From contig NZ_JAGTJK010000012.1 in the NCBI RefSeq assembly GCF_028435265.1, positions 230,900 through 257,795 of the forward strand: a stretch of 26,896 bases of DNA, written 5' to 3'. Numbering within the stretch: position 1 is the stretch's first letter; each line of letters opens with the position of its first letter. The notes beneath the pieces are model-generated. The model was not told where the DNA came from. It ran no database searches and saw nothing but the letters and a program-made list of their open reading frames with translations. The stretch comes from Polyangium jinanense (GTDB lineage: Bacteria; Myxococcota_A; Polyangia; Polyangiales; Polyangiaceae). This document shows positions 18,620 through 26,896 of the stretch, in pieces. Position numbers and translations under genes: made by a program.

Positions 18620-19496
18620 GCCCGCGGGCGAGCTCGATCTCCATCGAGACCCACGCGTCGAGGTCGGGCTCGGGCTTGAAGAGGCCGAGGTCGAACTCGC
18701 GCCCGTTGATCAGGATGAACGGCGTGCCCATGAGGCCCGCGCGATCCGCGTCCGCCTTGTCGCGCTCGATCGTCTTCGTCGCCGCCTCGGATTGCATGTC
18801 CGCGCGCAGCTTGCCCATGTCGAGCCCGAGCTCCTCGGCGAGCTCGCCGATTGTCGCGTCGCCGAGTTTGTCCTGGTTCTCGAAGAGCTCGTGCTCCATC
18901 TCCCAGTAGCGCCCCTGCTTCTGCGCGGCGTAGGCGGCGCGGGCCGCGACCTCCGCGTGGGTGTGCCGCGGCAGCGGGTAGAACTTGTGCACGAGGCGCA
19001 CGTCGTTCTCGTGCGCCGCGGCGACACGCTCGACGATCGGCACGATCCTTCGGCACGCGGGGCACTCGAAGTCCGACCACACCATGATCGTGACGGGCGC
19101 GGTCGCGGAGCCCTTCGTCGGCGAGCCGGCGACGTCGACCGTGGTGACCTTGTTCCCGAAGCGGATCTCGTAAGCGCGCGCCGCGTCGGCGCGGCCGAGG
19201 CCGGCTTTCACGCGCTCCGTGATGAAACGGGCCGCTGGCTCGCAGGCCTTGCAAGAACGCTTCTCGTCGAGGCAGGTGGAGATCGGCACGGCCTGATCGG
19301 GGCAGGGGGCGATCTGCTCGTCGAGCAGCCGTTCGACGGTCTCGCGTTCGCGCGGCACGAGATCGTCCATTTCCTGCGGCCGCTGGATCTGGAGGGCGCC
19401 GCCGCTGTCCGCGTGCTGGCTCCCGCCGCACGCGCTCGCGAGGAGCGCGGAGACGAGCAGGAGCGGGGAGAGGGTTCGGAAAGTCACGCCGCGCAT
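18615..19496 (-). CDS. DsbA-family thiol:disulfide oxidoreductase with a signal peptide and an extra Cys-rich N-terminal segment
   Basis: Thioredoxin CxxC active site WSDFECPACRR and the DsbA-like C-terminus (GTPFILINGREF). N-terminal signal peptide MRGVTFRTLSPLLLVSALLASAC. An additional CPD...C...CKAC segment follows. Confidence 0.82.
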   Translation of the reverse strand: MRGVTFRTLSPLLLVSALLASACGGSQHADSGGALQIQRPQEMDDLVPRERETVERLLDEQIAPCPDQAVPISTCLDEKRSCKACEPAARFITERVKAGLGRADAARAYEIRFGNKVTTVDVAGSPTKGSATAPVTIMVWSDFECPACRRIVPIVERVAAAHENDVRLVHKFYPLPRHTHAEVAARAAYAAQKQGRYWEMEHELFENQDKLGDATIGELAEELGLDMGKLRADMQSEAATKTIERDKADADRAGLMGTPFILINGREFDLGLFKPEPDLDAWVSMEIELARGR

Positions 19497-19622
19497 CTTA
19501 CGTCCACAATGGGGCTTCGGCTCGCCTCACGGCGGCCTTCGCCCCAACCCCACACCGCCGCGGGCGGATCGGCTTTGCCCCCCTCGACGCCGGACCGCGG
19601 TCGGGGTATTCACCGGCCGAAC

Positions 19623-21098
19623 GTGCACGACGCCGCACCGCCTCCCCCGACACCCGCCAAGACCAGCGCGCCGATCTCCGTCCGCGACGCCGGCAAGAAG
19701 CGGCTGCGGTGCCCGACGTGCCTGGAGTCCGTGACGCCGGGCCTCGAGCTTTGCCCCGAGTGTGACGAGCCCCTCGCGGCCAGCAAGAGCCTCAAGGCCG
19801 GCGCGACCACGGCCAAGGCGCCGAGCTGGCTGTCGCTCCACTGGCGTCCGCTCGTCACGGGCCTCGCGATGGCCGGCGTGCTCGCGACCGGCATCGCTCT
19901 GCGCAGCCTCGCCCCGGGCCGCTTCCTCCCGCCGCGGGCCGCTTCGCGTTCGCCGACCGTCGTCACGCCGACCTGCACCTCGCCCTGCTGGCACGGCGAG
20001 GCCTGCCAGGTCGGCCAGTGCGTCTGGCAAAAGCCGAACGACGTCGGGCACCTCGGCGAGCAGCCGCTCGTGACGGGGCCGTTCGCCCTGCCGAAGGACG
20101 TTTCCGACGCCTTGCCGCTCGACGCGGATCGCTTCGCGCTCGCGCTGCTCACGGGCATCGAGGTGCACGACGCGCGCACGGGCGCGCTGCTCACGCTCGT
20201 CAGCGACGCGCCGCAGATCAAGGGCCTCTACCGCGTCGGCGAGCACCTCTACGCGACCTCGCCGCAGAGGCTCTACGTCGTCGATGCGGCCTCGATGGGC
20301 CTGCAGAAGACGATCGATCTCGGCGCGATGGTCGGGCAGGTGTCGGTCGGGGCGAACGGGCGGCGCGCGCTCGTGTCGCTCCCGTCGGCGCACGCGGTCG
20401 CGATCCTGGCGACGGAGTACCACGCCGAGATCGACCGCATCCATTTCGGCGACGACCCCGTGGGGCCGATGGGCGTCGACGACACGGGCACGCGCGCGCT
20501 CGGCACGACGGGACAGGTCCCGCTGCCGGGCCTGCGAGATCCCGCGGGCGGCGCCGTGTACGCCTTCGATCCGAGCCGGCTCGCGTCGCAGCAGGATCGC
20601 GTGCGCACGTCGATGCTGGGCAATCCGGTCAGCGTGCTCATGACGCCCGAGGGCAGCGCGAGTTACGTCGTCCTGCGCGCCGAGGACGCGCTCGTGCCGC
20701 TCGAATGGCTGCCGTCGGGGGCGGTGCGCCGCCGCGAGCGGATCCAGACCTGCGACGAGCCCGAGCAAATCGAGCTCGTGCGTCGTGGCCGCCGCGCGCT
20801 CGTGCGTTGCCACGAGGGGCGCGCGCTCGAGGTCTTCGACCTCGCGAAGGGCGAGCTCGCGCGGCACATCCCGTTCAACGGACGTGCGACCGACCTCGTG
20901 GTCACGCCCGACGGCGAGCAGGCCCTCGTGACGCTCACCGGCGACGGCGCGGGCTCGCTCGCGATCGTGGATCTCGAGTCCTACGCGGTGAAGCTCCTTC
21001 CGCTCTCGGGCGAGCCCAAGCGTGTGCGGCTGACGCCGGACGGCCGCATGGCGCTCGTCTTCTCGGATTGGGCCAAGGTCGCGTGGGTGGTGCGATGA
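19623..21098 (+). CDS. Membrane protein with an N-terminal cytoplasmic zinc ribbon (2x CxxC), one TM helix and a periplasmic beta-propeller of YVTN or lactonase-like repeats
   Basis: Zinc ribbon: RLRCPTCLESVTPGLELCPECDEPL. TM helix: LVTGLAMAGVLATGIAL. A small 4-Cys module follows (CTSPCWHGEACQVGQC). Then come repeated blocks of the form hhhxxDGxxhhV (LYVVDAASM, RALVSLPSAHAVAIL, SYVVLRAED, RALVRCHEGRALEVFD, QALVTLTGDGAGSLAIVD, RMALVFSD). The start is uncertain. GC3 rises sharply at GTG 19623. ATG 19509 is also in frame, but it leaves only 12 bp to the divergent DsbA-like gene. Confidence 0.65.
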   Translation: MHDAAPPPPTPAKTSAPISVRDAGKKRLRCPTCLESVTPGLELCPECDEPLAASKSLKAGATTAKAPSWLSLHWRPLVTGLAMAGVLATGIALRSLAPGRFLPPRAASRSPTVVTPTCTSPCWHGEACQVGQCVWQKPNDVGHLGEQPLVTGPFALPKDVSDALPLDADRFALALLTGIEVHDARTGALLTLVSDAPQIKGLYRVGEHLYATSPQRLYVVDAASMGLQKTIDLGAMVGQVSVGANGRRALVSLPSAHAVAILATEYHAEIDRIHFGDDPVGPMGVDDTGTRALGTTGQVPLPGLRDPAGGAVYAFDPSRLASQQDRVRTSMLGNPVSVLMTPEGSASYVVLRAEDALVPLEWLPSGAVRRRERIQTCDEPEQIELVRRGRRALVRCHEGRALEVFDLAKGELARHIPFNGRATDLVVTPDGEQALVTLTGDGAGSLAIVDLESYAVKLLPLSGEPKRVRLTPDGRMALVFSDWAKVAWVVR

Positions 21099-22474
21099 GC
21101 CAGCAGCGCGTCCCGTGCCCTGCCTGCAAAGCGCCGATCGTCTTCGGGGCGCGCAAGTGCCGCGCGTGCAAGGCGTGGCTCGTCCCGGAGGCGCAGCCGC
21201 GCGTGCCGCGCGTGATCCTCGGCGGCATCGCGCTCGCCGGGACGATCTTCGCCGTCGTCGTCGGCGGCCGCGAGTCCCCCGTGGGCGAGGCGCCGCCGCT
21301 GACGAACCTCGATCCTTCCGGCTCGAGCAGCGCCGCGGGCGCGCCGCGTCCCGGCTCGATCGGCCCCGAGATCGAGGCCGAGCCCGAGCCCACGCCGGCC
21401 GACCCGCAAAAGCGCTGGAAGACCCGCGAGATCCGCCTCGGCGACGCCCACCCGCTCGACGTCGTCTTCCACCCGAAGGGCACGAGCGTCTACGTCAGCG
21501 CCGACGACGCCACGCTGCGCGAGTACAAGCTCAAGACGGGCGAGCTCGTGCACAAGGCCTCGATGCCCGCGCAGGGCGACGAGATCCGGATGATCTTCGA
21601 CCGGTACGTCGCGGTCCTCCGGCACGAGGACGCGGCGCGCATCCCGGTGATGGACACGTCGTCGTGGGATCGGGATCCGGTGCTGCTCGACGTCGGCAAG
21701 AGCCCGGGCGAGATCGTCCCGATGCCGGACGGCCGCAGCGTCGTGGCCTCGACCATCGACGGCAAGCGTGTCGCGCGGTTCGACCTGCCGACGGGCGTGC
21801 GCCTCGCGGACATCACCTTGCCGCACGCGACGGGCCAGCTCTTCCTCGTCCGCGCCGAGAACCGCCCGTACATCGCGGCGATGGGCGCGCTCTCGCACGG
21901 CGGCCGCGCCGCGGGCGCGTGGATCGACCTCTTCGACCCGAGCGAGGAGCCTTTCGGCGCCACCCGCCGCAGCATCTTCGTTGGCCGCGAGCCGCGCGCC
22001 GGCGCGATCTCCCGGGACGGCAGCACGCTCTTCTTCCCGGACCGCGTCTCGAACAAGGCCGTGCTCCTCGACATCGCCGCGACCACGCAGGTCAAGTCGA
22101 CGGCCGTTGGCTTGGGCCCGCAGCAGGGGTTCCTCCTGAACGACGATCGCCTCGGCGTCACGCTCGACAGCAAGGCGCGCACGGTCACGGTCGTCGACCT
22201 CGCCACAATGAAGGTCACGAGCACACTCATGCTCGACGGCTCGCCTTGCGCGGGCGCGGCCTCGCCGGATGGCCGTACGCTCTTCGTCGCGCTCGGCGGC
22301 ACCGAGCGACCCCCCAAGGGCAGCGGCGTGGCCGTCATCGCTGGCGAACCGCTTCGCATCGTCGCCACGATCCCCACGGGACCTGGCGTCTGCGCCGTGG
22401 ATGTCACGCGCGACAGCTCCCGCGCCGTCGTCGCGTCCTATTACGACAAATCGATCCTCGTGCTCGAGCAATGA
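21095..22474 (+). CDS. Paralog of the preceding gene with the same zinc-ribbon, TM and beta-propeller architecture
   Basis: Zinc ribbon: MSQQRVPCPACKAPIVFGARKCRACKAWL. TM helix: VILGGIALAGTIFAVVVGG. Propeller blocks: SVYVSADDATLREY, RSVVASTIDGKRVARFD, STLFFPDRVSNKAVLLD, RTLFVALGG, RAVVASYYDKSILVLE. ATG 21095-21097 overlaps the upstream TGA 21096-21098 (ATGA), which indicates translational coupling. Confidence 0.72.
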   Translation: MSQQRVPCPACKAPIVFGARKCRACKAWLVPEAQPRVPRVILGGIALAGTIFAVVVGGRESPVGEAPPLTNLDPSGSSSAAGAPRPGSIGPEIEAEPEPTPADPQKRWKTREIRLGDAHPLDVVFHPKGTSVYVSADDATLREYKLKTGELVHKASMPAQGDEIRMIFDRYVAVLRHEDAARIPVMDTSSWDRDPVLLDVGKSPGEIVPMPDGRSVVASTIDGKRVARFDLPTGVRLADITLPHATGQLFLVRAENRPYIAAMGALSHGGRAAGAWIDLFDPSEEPFGATRRSIFVGREPRAGAISRDGSTLFFPDRVSNKAVLLDIAATTQVKSTAVGLGPQQGFLLNDDRLGVTLDSKARTVTVVDLATMKVTSTLMLDGSPCAGAASPDGRTLFVALGGTERPPKGSGVAVIAGEPLRIVATIPTGPGVCAVDVTRDSSRAVVASYYDKSILVLEQ

Positions 22475-22496
22475 GCCCGCGGCGCGCTCGCCCGGT

Positions 22497-22892
22497 TCAG
22501 CCCGCGCCCTCGACGTAAGCGTCGACCTCGATCTCCACGAGCATGTCCGGCGCGATGAGCCGCCGCACCTCGACCATCATGGCGGCGGGCGCGTGGGCGC
22601 CGACCATCTCCTTGTGCGCGCGCCCGATCTCGGGCCACCGCTCGATGTCGGTCACGTACATCCGCGTGCGCACCACATCCGCGAGGGACCCGCCCACCTC
22701 CCGAAGCGCCGCCTCGATGATCTCGAAGCAGCGGATCGCCTGAGCATATGCGTCTCCCTTGGCGTGCGTCCCTCCGCCCACCGCGACGGGCGCCGTCCCG
22801 CCCACGTACACGTGCGGGCCGACGGCCACGGCCCGGCAATACCCTACGCGTGCCTCCCACTCTGCGCCCGAGAACACCCGTCGTTTTTGCAT
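22497..22892 (-). CDS. RidA/YjgF/TdcF-family protein (131 aa)
   Basis: From ATG 22892: MQKRRVFSGAEWEARVGYCRAVAVGPHVYVGGT...RTRMYVTDIERWPEIG...EVDAYV. Length and motif spacing match the Rid family. The ORF-track extension to 23333 is spurious. Confidence 0.75.
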   Translation of the reverse strand: MQKRRVFSGAEWEARVGYCRAVAVGPHVYVGGTAPVAVGGGTHAKGDAYAQAIRCFEIIEAALREVGGSLADVVRTRMYVTDIERWPEIGRAHKEMVGAHAPAAMMVEVRRLIAPDMLVEIEVDAYVEGAG

Positions 22893-22947
22893 GGCCTGGG
22901 TATACCACGGCCCGGCTGCTTCACGGGCGCGCCCGAGAATGGGGCGG

Positions 22948-23912
22948 TCATTGCGTCGACGTTCGCGGCGAAAGGAGCGAGCGCCAGCGCTCGCGGCTTT
23001 CGGGATCGAAGATGGCATCGGCCACGACGTCAGGACCGTCCACCCGCAGGTGTTCGGCGAGCTGCTCCTGCTCGTCCGTGCGGAGCGGGCGCCGGAGCCG
23101 TCGCTCGACCTGGCGTGCGAGCACCGCGAGCTGGCCCTGGGCAAACCCCTCCACGCGGCCCTCCTCGATCCCCATCGCCTTCCCTTCTCTGTAGATCCGG
23201 TTTTGCATGACGATCTCCCGCGACAAACAGGAGTGTACCACATCCGCGAGCCCTCGCTCTCTCTTATCCGCATCCGCCAGCGCGACCATGGCCGCGCCGA
23301 GTTCCGCGAAGTCGCGCTCGTTCGTCCGGGCACGCAGGTCCTCCAGCACCGTCTCCAGATTGCGCGCGTCCGCGTCGGCGGCGAGCGGCGTGAAGATCAT
23401 CCAGAACGCACTCCCGCGGGCCTCGAGCTCGGCCACGGTGCGCTGATAGACGGGCTCGATCCGGAAATGCACCCCGCAAAACGGAGCTTTCGCCGGGGAA
23501 GTCCGGTACGCCGCGTGCGCAGGCCACGGTTCTTCCCGACGGACAGGACGATCACCACGCTCTCGATCGGCAGCGGCTTGCCTCGGCCCCCGCGCGCCTC
23601 GTCTGCCGCGGCGAGCGCCGTCAGGTTGTGATATTCGAACACCCGGAACGCGATTTCCTCGGTCATCGTGAGCGTCCACTCCGCGTGGAGAAGTCGCCGC
23701 TCGTCGCCGACCTTCACGGAGAGCGCGCGATCGAGCCTCCGCTGGCGCCCCGTCACCTGCGTCTCCACCCATCCGAGGGGCTCGACGATCGTCTGGTCCG
23801 CGTCGCAGAGCGCGCGTGCCACCTCGCGAGCGAATTGCCGGGATACGTGGCGGAGCACGAGGTCGACATCGTCGTCGAGCCCCGCCTCGCCCTTCCGCTT
23901 CCTGGGCTGCAT
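22948..23912 (-). pseudogene. Frameshifted Rpn/YhgA-like putative PD-(D/E)XK nuclease or transposase-family gene with a DUF4351-like C-terminus
   Basis: The N-terminal half, in the frame starting at ATG 23912, reads DVDLVLRHVSRQFAREV...DRALSVKVGDERRLLHAEWTLTMTEEIAFRVFEYHNLTALAA...PLPIESVVIVLS. This resembles the D...hhHhEfQ...PvyPvViyl core. The C-terminal half is in a different frame (22948 to about 23406): FWMIFTPLAADADARNLETV...IYREGKAMGIEEGRVEGFAQGQLAVLARQVERRLRRPL...LAEHLRVDGPDVVADAIFDPESRERWRSLL, a DUF4351-like G-x3-G-x3-G plus helix pattern. The frames switch near 23480-23545. Family assignment is from memory and is approximate. Confidence 0.45.
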
Positions 23913-24097
23913 GCCGCGCCCCCATGGCGAACGACGTGCCAGGAAAAAGCCCCGCTTTCGTGCATGAAAATGCCGCTCGGGGGGGGACGGCGCCATGGCG
24001 GGGGCTGGCGGCCGCCGGGGAGCGCCGAACCATCGTGATCTCGGGCGCGCCTCGTGCCACCATGCGCGCGCTTTCCTCCCGCCCTCCGAGCCGAATC

Positions 24098-26806
24098 ATG
24101 AAATCCCCTCGCTCGCTCCTCGCGCTCCTCGCCACGACCGTCGCTTGCTCCGCCGCGCCGCCGCCGCCCGCGCCGCCCCCGGCTCCCTCCGCCGCCGCCA
24201 AACCCACGGCCGCCGCGCCCGCGCCCGACCTCCCCGCGCCTCCCGCCGGCCTGCGCCTCCCGCGCGCCGTGCATCCGCTTCGTTATGCCGCGACGCTCAC
24301 CCTCGTCCCCGGCGACGACGTCCTCCGCGGTGAGATCACCATCGACCTCAGCCTCGCCGAGCCCACGCGTGTCCTCTGGCTCCACGCCGAGCGCCTCACC
24401 GTCGAGGAGGCCCGCATCGAGGCCGCCGCCAAACACCTCCCGCTCCGCGTCGTGCCCACGGAAGGCGACCTCGTCGGATTCGCGCTCGACACCCCGGCGC
24501 CGCCCGGTTCGGCGCGCCTCGTCGTGAAGTATCGCGGCGCGATATCGTCCCTCGACGATCACGGCGCCTTCCGCGAGGAGGCCGACGGCACCTCGTACAT
24601 CTTCTCCCATTTCGAGGCCACCGCCGCGCGCCGCGTCTTTCCTTGCATCGACGACCCCGGCGTGAAGGTCCCCTGGCAAGTCTCGCTGCGCGTCCGCGAA
24701 ACCGACGTCGCCCTCTCGAATACGCCCGCCCTCGGCGAGACCAAGGAGCCGGGCGGCATGAAGCTCGTCCGCTTCGCGCCCACGCCGCCTTTGCCGAGTT
24801 ACCTCGTCGCCTTCGCGGTGGGGCCCTTCGAGATTGTCGACGCGGGTACGGCCGGGAAAAACAAGGTCCCGGTTCGTGTCGCCGTCCCGCGCGGCGCGGC
24901 CGGCAAGGCCTCGTTCGCGGCGAAGACCACGCCGCCGCTGCTCGGAATGCTCGAAGAGTACCTCGGGACGGCCTATCCCTACGAAAAGCTCGACGTCGTC
25001 ACCATTCCTCGCCTCTCCTCGTTCGGCGCCATGGAAAACCCGGGGCTCGTCACGTATGGCGCCCGCGGCTCGCTCGCCGCGCCGGCCGACGAGACGCCCA
25101 TGTTCCGGCGCGGATTCACCGCGACCATGGCCCACGAGCTCGCCCATCAATGGTTCGGCAACCTCGTCACCATGGACTTCTGGGAGGACCTCTGGCTCAA
25201 CGAGGCCTTTGCCACCTGGATGGGCAGCAAAATCGTCGATCGCTTCTCCCCCTCCTGGCGCGAGGACACCCGCCGCGTCGCCTCGGCCTCGTATGCCATG
25301 GGCGAGGACGGCCTGCTCAGCGCGCGAAAAATCCGGCAGGAGATCCGCACCCAGGACGACATCGCCAATGCCTTCGACAGCATCACCTACCAGAAAGGCG
25401 CGGCCGTCCTCCGCATGTTCGAGGCCTACGTCGGCCCCGAGAAATTCCAGCGCGGCGTCCGCCGTTACCTCGGCGAGCACGCCCACGGCAATGCGAAAGC
25501 CGCCGATTTCCTGAGCGCGCTCTCCGCCGAGACCAGCCCCGAGATCGGCCCCGCGTTCGCCACCTTCCTCGACCAGCCCGGCGTCCCGCTCGTCAAGGCC
25601 GAGCTCTCGTGTGAGAAGGGCAAACCCCCGCGCGTAAAACTCTCGCAATCGCGCTGGCTCCCGGCCGGATCCGCCGGCGCCGCCGAATCGACCTGGCAGA
25701 TCCCGGTTTGCCTCCGTTATGGTCCCGGCCCCGAAGCGCGCGCCTGCACGCTCCTCACCACGAAGACGGCCGAGCTCCCGCTCGAAAAGGCAAAATCGTG
25801 CCCCGCGGCGTTTGCCCTGAAGGACGAAGGCGTCGGTTACTACCACGTCGATCTCGGAAAGGCGGACTTCGCGCGGCTCCTCGGCAAGCCCGGAAAGTTC
25901 CTCGGTTTGCCCGAGCGCCTCTCGCTCCTCGACGACGCCTCGGCCCTCGTCGAGAGTGGCGCCCTCGTCCCCGGTGACATTCTCTCCCTCGTCCCCGACG
26001 TCGTCGCCGAGCCGGATCCTCTCCTCGAGCGCGGCGCGGCCGCGCTTGTCGCCCGCGTCCGCGACGCGCACGTCCCTGCCGACCTCCGCCCGCGCTTCGC
26101 CCATTTCGTCTCCCGCACCTTCGGCAAGCGCGCTCGCGCCCTCGGCATCCTCCCGAAGCCCGGCGAGGACGAATCCATCACGTTCCTCCGTCCCCTCCTC
26201 GTCTCGCTCGTCGCCGATCGTGGCGAGGATCCGGCCCTGCTTGCCGAGCTCCGCGCCCTCGCCGCGCGTTTCCTCGCCGACCCCGCTGCCGCCCCGCTCG
26301 ACATTGCCGGCCCCGCGCTTGCCCTCGCGGCGCGGCACGGCGGCGATCGCGCGCTCTTCGATCGATTGCGCGAGGCTGCCAAGAAAGAGCGCGACGAGCG
26401 CCGCCGCGGCGCCTTCCTCGAGGCGCTCACGAGCTTCCGGGATCGCGCCCTCGTCGACGAATCCCTCGCGCTCGTCCTCGACGGCGGCTTCGATCCGCGC
26501 GACGCCGTGTGGCTCCTCGGCCAGGACGAGCGAATGCTCGAACGATCCCTCGGGTACGTCGAAAAGAACTGGAGCACCCTCGTCGCGCGCATGCCGACCG
26601 AGGCGCGGGGCTTCCTCCCCCTCGTGTTTCAGGGCTCCTGCGACGACACGAACCGCGCCGCCGTCGCGCGCGTCTTCGAGGGCCGCGTCTCCGAGATCGT
26701 CGGCGCGCCGCGATCCCTCGCGCAGTCGCTGGAGTCGATCTCGCTTTGCGTGGCGCAGCGGCAGAAGCTCGAACCGAGCCTCCGGGCCTTTCTCCAGAAA
26801 TACTAG
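24098..26806 (+). CDS. M1-family zinc aminopeptidase (aminopeptidase N-like), a secreted protein or lipoprotein
   Basis: GAMEN exopeptidase motif (SFGAMENPGLVTY). Gluzincin motif HELAHQWFGNLVTMDFWEDLWLNEAFATW (HExxH-x18-E). Signal peptide MKSPRSLLALLATTVACSAAPPPP followed by a Pro/Ala-rich linker. The start could instead be ATG 24062. Confidence 0.85.
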   Translation: MKSPRSLLALLATTVACSAAPPPPAPPPAPSAAAKPTAAAPAPDLPAPPAGLRLPRAVHPLRYAATLTLVPGDDVLRGEITIDLSLAEPTRVLWLHAERLTVEEARIEAAAKHLPLRVVPTEGDLVGFALDTPAPPGSARLVVKYRGAISSLDDHGAFREEADGTSYIFSHFEATAARRVFPCIDDPGVKVPWQVSLRVRETDVALSNTPALGETKEPGGMKLVRFAPTPPLPSYLVAFAVGPFEIVDAGTAGKNKVPVRVAVPRGAAGKASFAAKTTPPLLGMLEEYLGTAYPYEKLDVVTIPRLSSFGAMENPGLVTYGARGSLAAPADETPMFRRGFTATMAHELAHQWFGNLVTMDFWEDLWLNEAFATWMGSKIVDRFSPSWREDTRRVASASYAMGEDGLLSARKIRQEIRTQDDIANAFDSITYQKGAAVLRMFEAYVGPEKFQRGVRRYLGEHAHGNAKAADFLSALSAETSPEIGPAFATFLDQPGVPLVKAELSCEKGKPPRVKLSQSRWLPAGSAGAAESTWQIPVCLRYGPGPEARACTLLTTKTAELPLEKAKSCPAAFALKDEGVGYYHVDLGKADFARLLGKPGKFLGLPERLSLLDDASALVESGALVPGDILSLVPDVVAEPDPLLERGAAALVARVRDAHVPADLRPRFAHFVSRTFGKRARALGILPKPGEDESITFLRPLLVSLVADRGEDPALLAELRALAARFLADPAAAPLDIAGPALALAARHGGDRALFDRLREAAKKERDERRRGAFLEALTSFRDRALVDESLALVLDGGFDPRDAVWLLGQDERMLERSLGYVEKNWSTLVARMPTEARGFLPLVFQGSCDDTNRAAVARVFEGRVSEIVGAPRSLAQSLESISLCVAQRQKLEPSLRAFLQKY

Positions 26807-26896
26807 TACATCATCCCCAAAGTTCGTAGTGGTTCACGCGATCGGCATGAGCATCCAGCTGAAGGAACCGTGGAGGAGGTCGAGCAGCGGCTCCTG

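Noticed and set aside
19509-19622. Earlier ATG start for the first beta-propeller gene
   Set aside because: GC3 is only about 76% in this stretch against more than 90% after GTG 19623. It would leave a 12-bp divergent gap to the DsbA-like start, and the encoded 38 residues are disordered Pro/Arg-rich. It is kept as an alternative start but not preferred.
23628-24038. Plus-strand ORFs (136 aa, and 290 aa at 22759-23631) between the RidA and aminopeptidase genes
   Set aside because: They have no motifs. They lie antisense to the recognisable Rpn-like pseudogene halves. They are compositional artifacts.
26847-26896. Possible start of another gene at the window end (ATG 26847, or GTG 26870 preceded by GAAGGAA)
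   Set aside because: Only about 9-16 codons are visible and the frame is ambiguous. That is not enough to support a call.

Overview
The window is about 70% GC, with strongly GC3-biased codons and many long open antisense frames. This is typical of Myxococcota, though that is an inference from composition and gene content, not a database hit. I support roughly 22 protein-coding genes on both strands and found no rRNA, tRNA or CRISPR array.

Genes in order:
- A secreted cysteine-rich-repeat lipoprotein with a Gly-rich linker, encoded by near-perfect 27-bp and 18-bp tandem repeats (minus strand, partial at the window start).
- A three-gene plus-strand operon with start/stop overlaps: a DUF58 protein, a BatA-type membrane VWA protein, and a very large membrane protein with two VWA domains. 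No MoxR AAA+ ATPase gene is visible.
- A PHP-domain metallophosphoesterase and a small lipoprotein (minus strand).
- A coiled-coil membrane protein.
- A cysT-cysW-cysA sulfate ABC transporter operon (minus strand) with no sbp gene and a roughly 300-bp leader.
- A small hypothetical ORF.
- A universal stress protein divergent from a bacterial RRM/glycine-rich RNA-binding protein.
- A strong bidirectional terminator.
- Enolase.
- A translationally coupled DotU/TssL-family protein plus a tail-anchored P-loop NTPase resembling only the cytoplasmic NTPase domain of TssM/IcmF. Its Walker A lysine is replaced by arginine, and no other T6SS or T4BSS genes are nearby.
- A cluster of five stem-loops in the convergent gap that follows.
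- A DsbA-family thioredoxin.
- Two coupled paralogous proteins, each with a zinc ribbon, a transmembrane segment and a beta-propeller.
- A RidA-family protein.
- A frameshifted Rpn/YhgA-like nuclease pseudogene.
- An M1-family zinc aminopeptidase lipoprotein.

The best candidate for an undescribed system is the orphan DotU-like plus truncated TssM-NTPase-like module. Secondary candidates are the MoxR-less DUF58-BatA-VWA module and the zinc-ribbon/beta-propeller paralog pair beside the DsbA-like gene.
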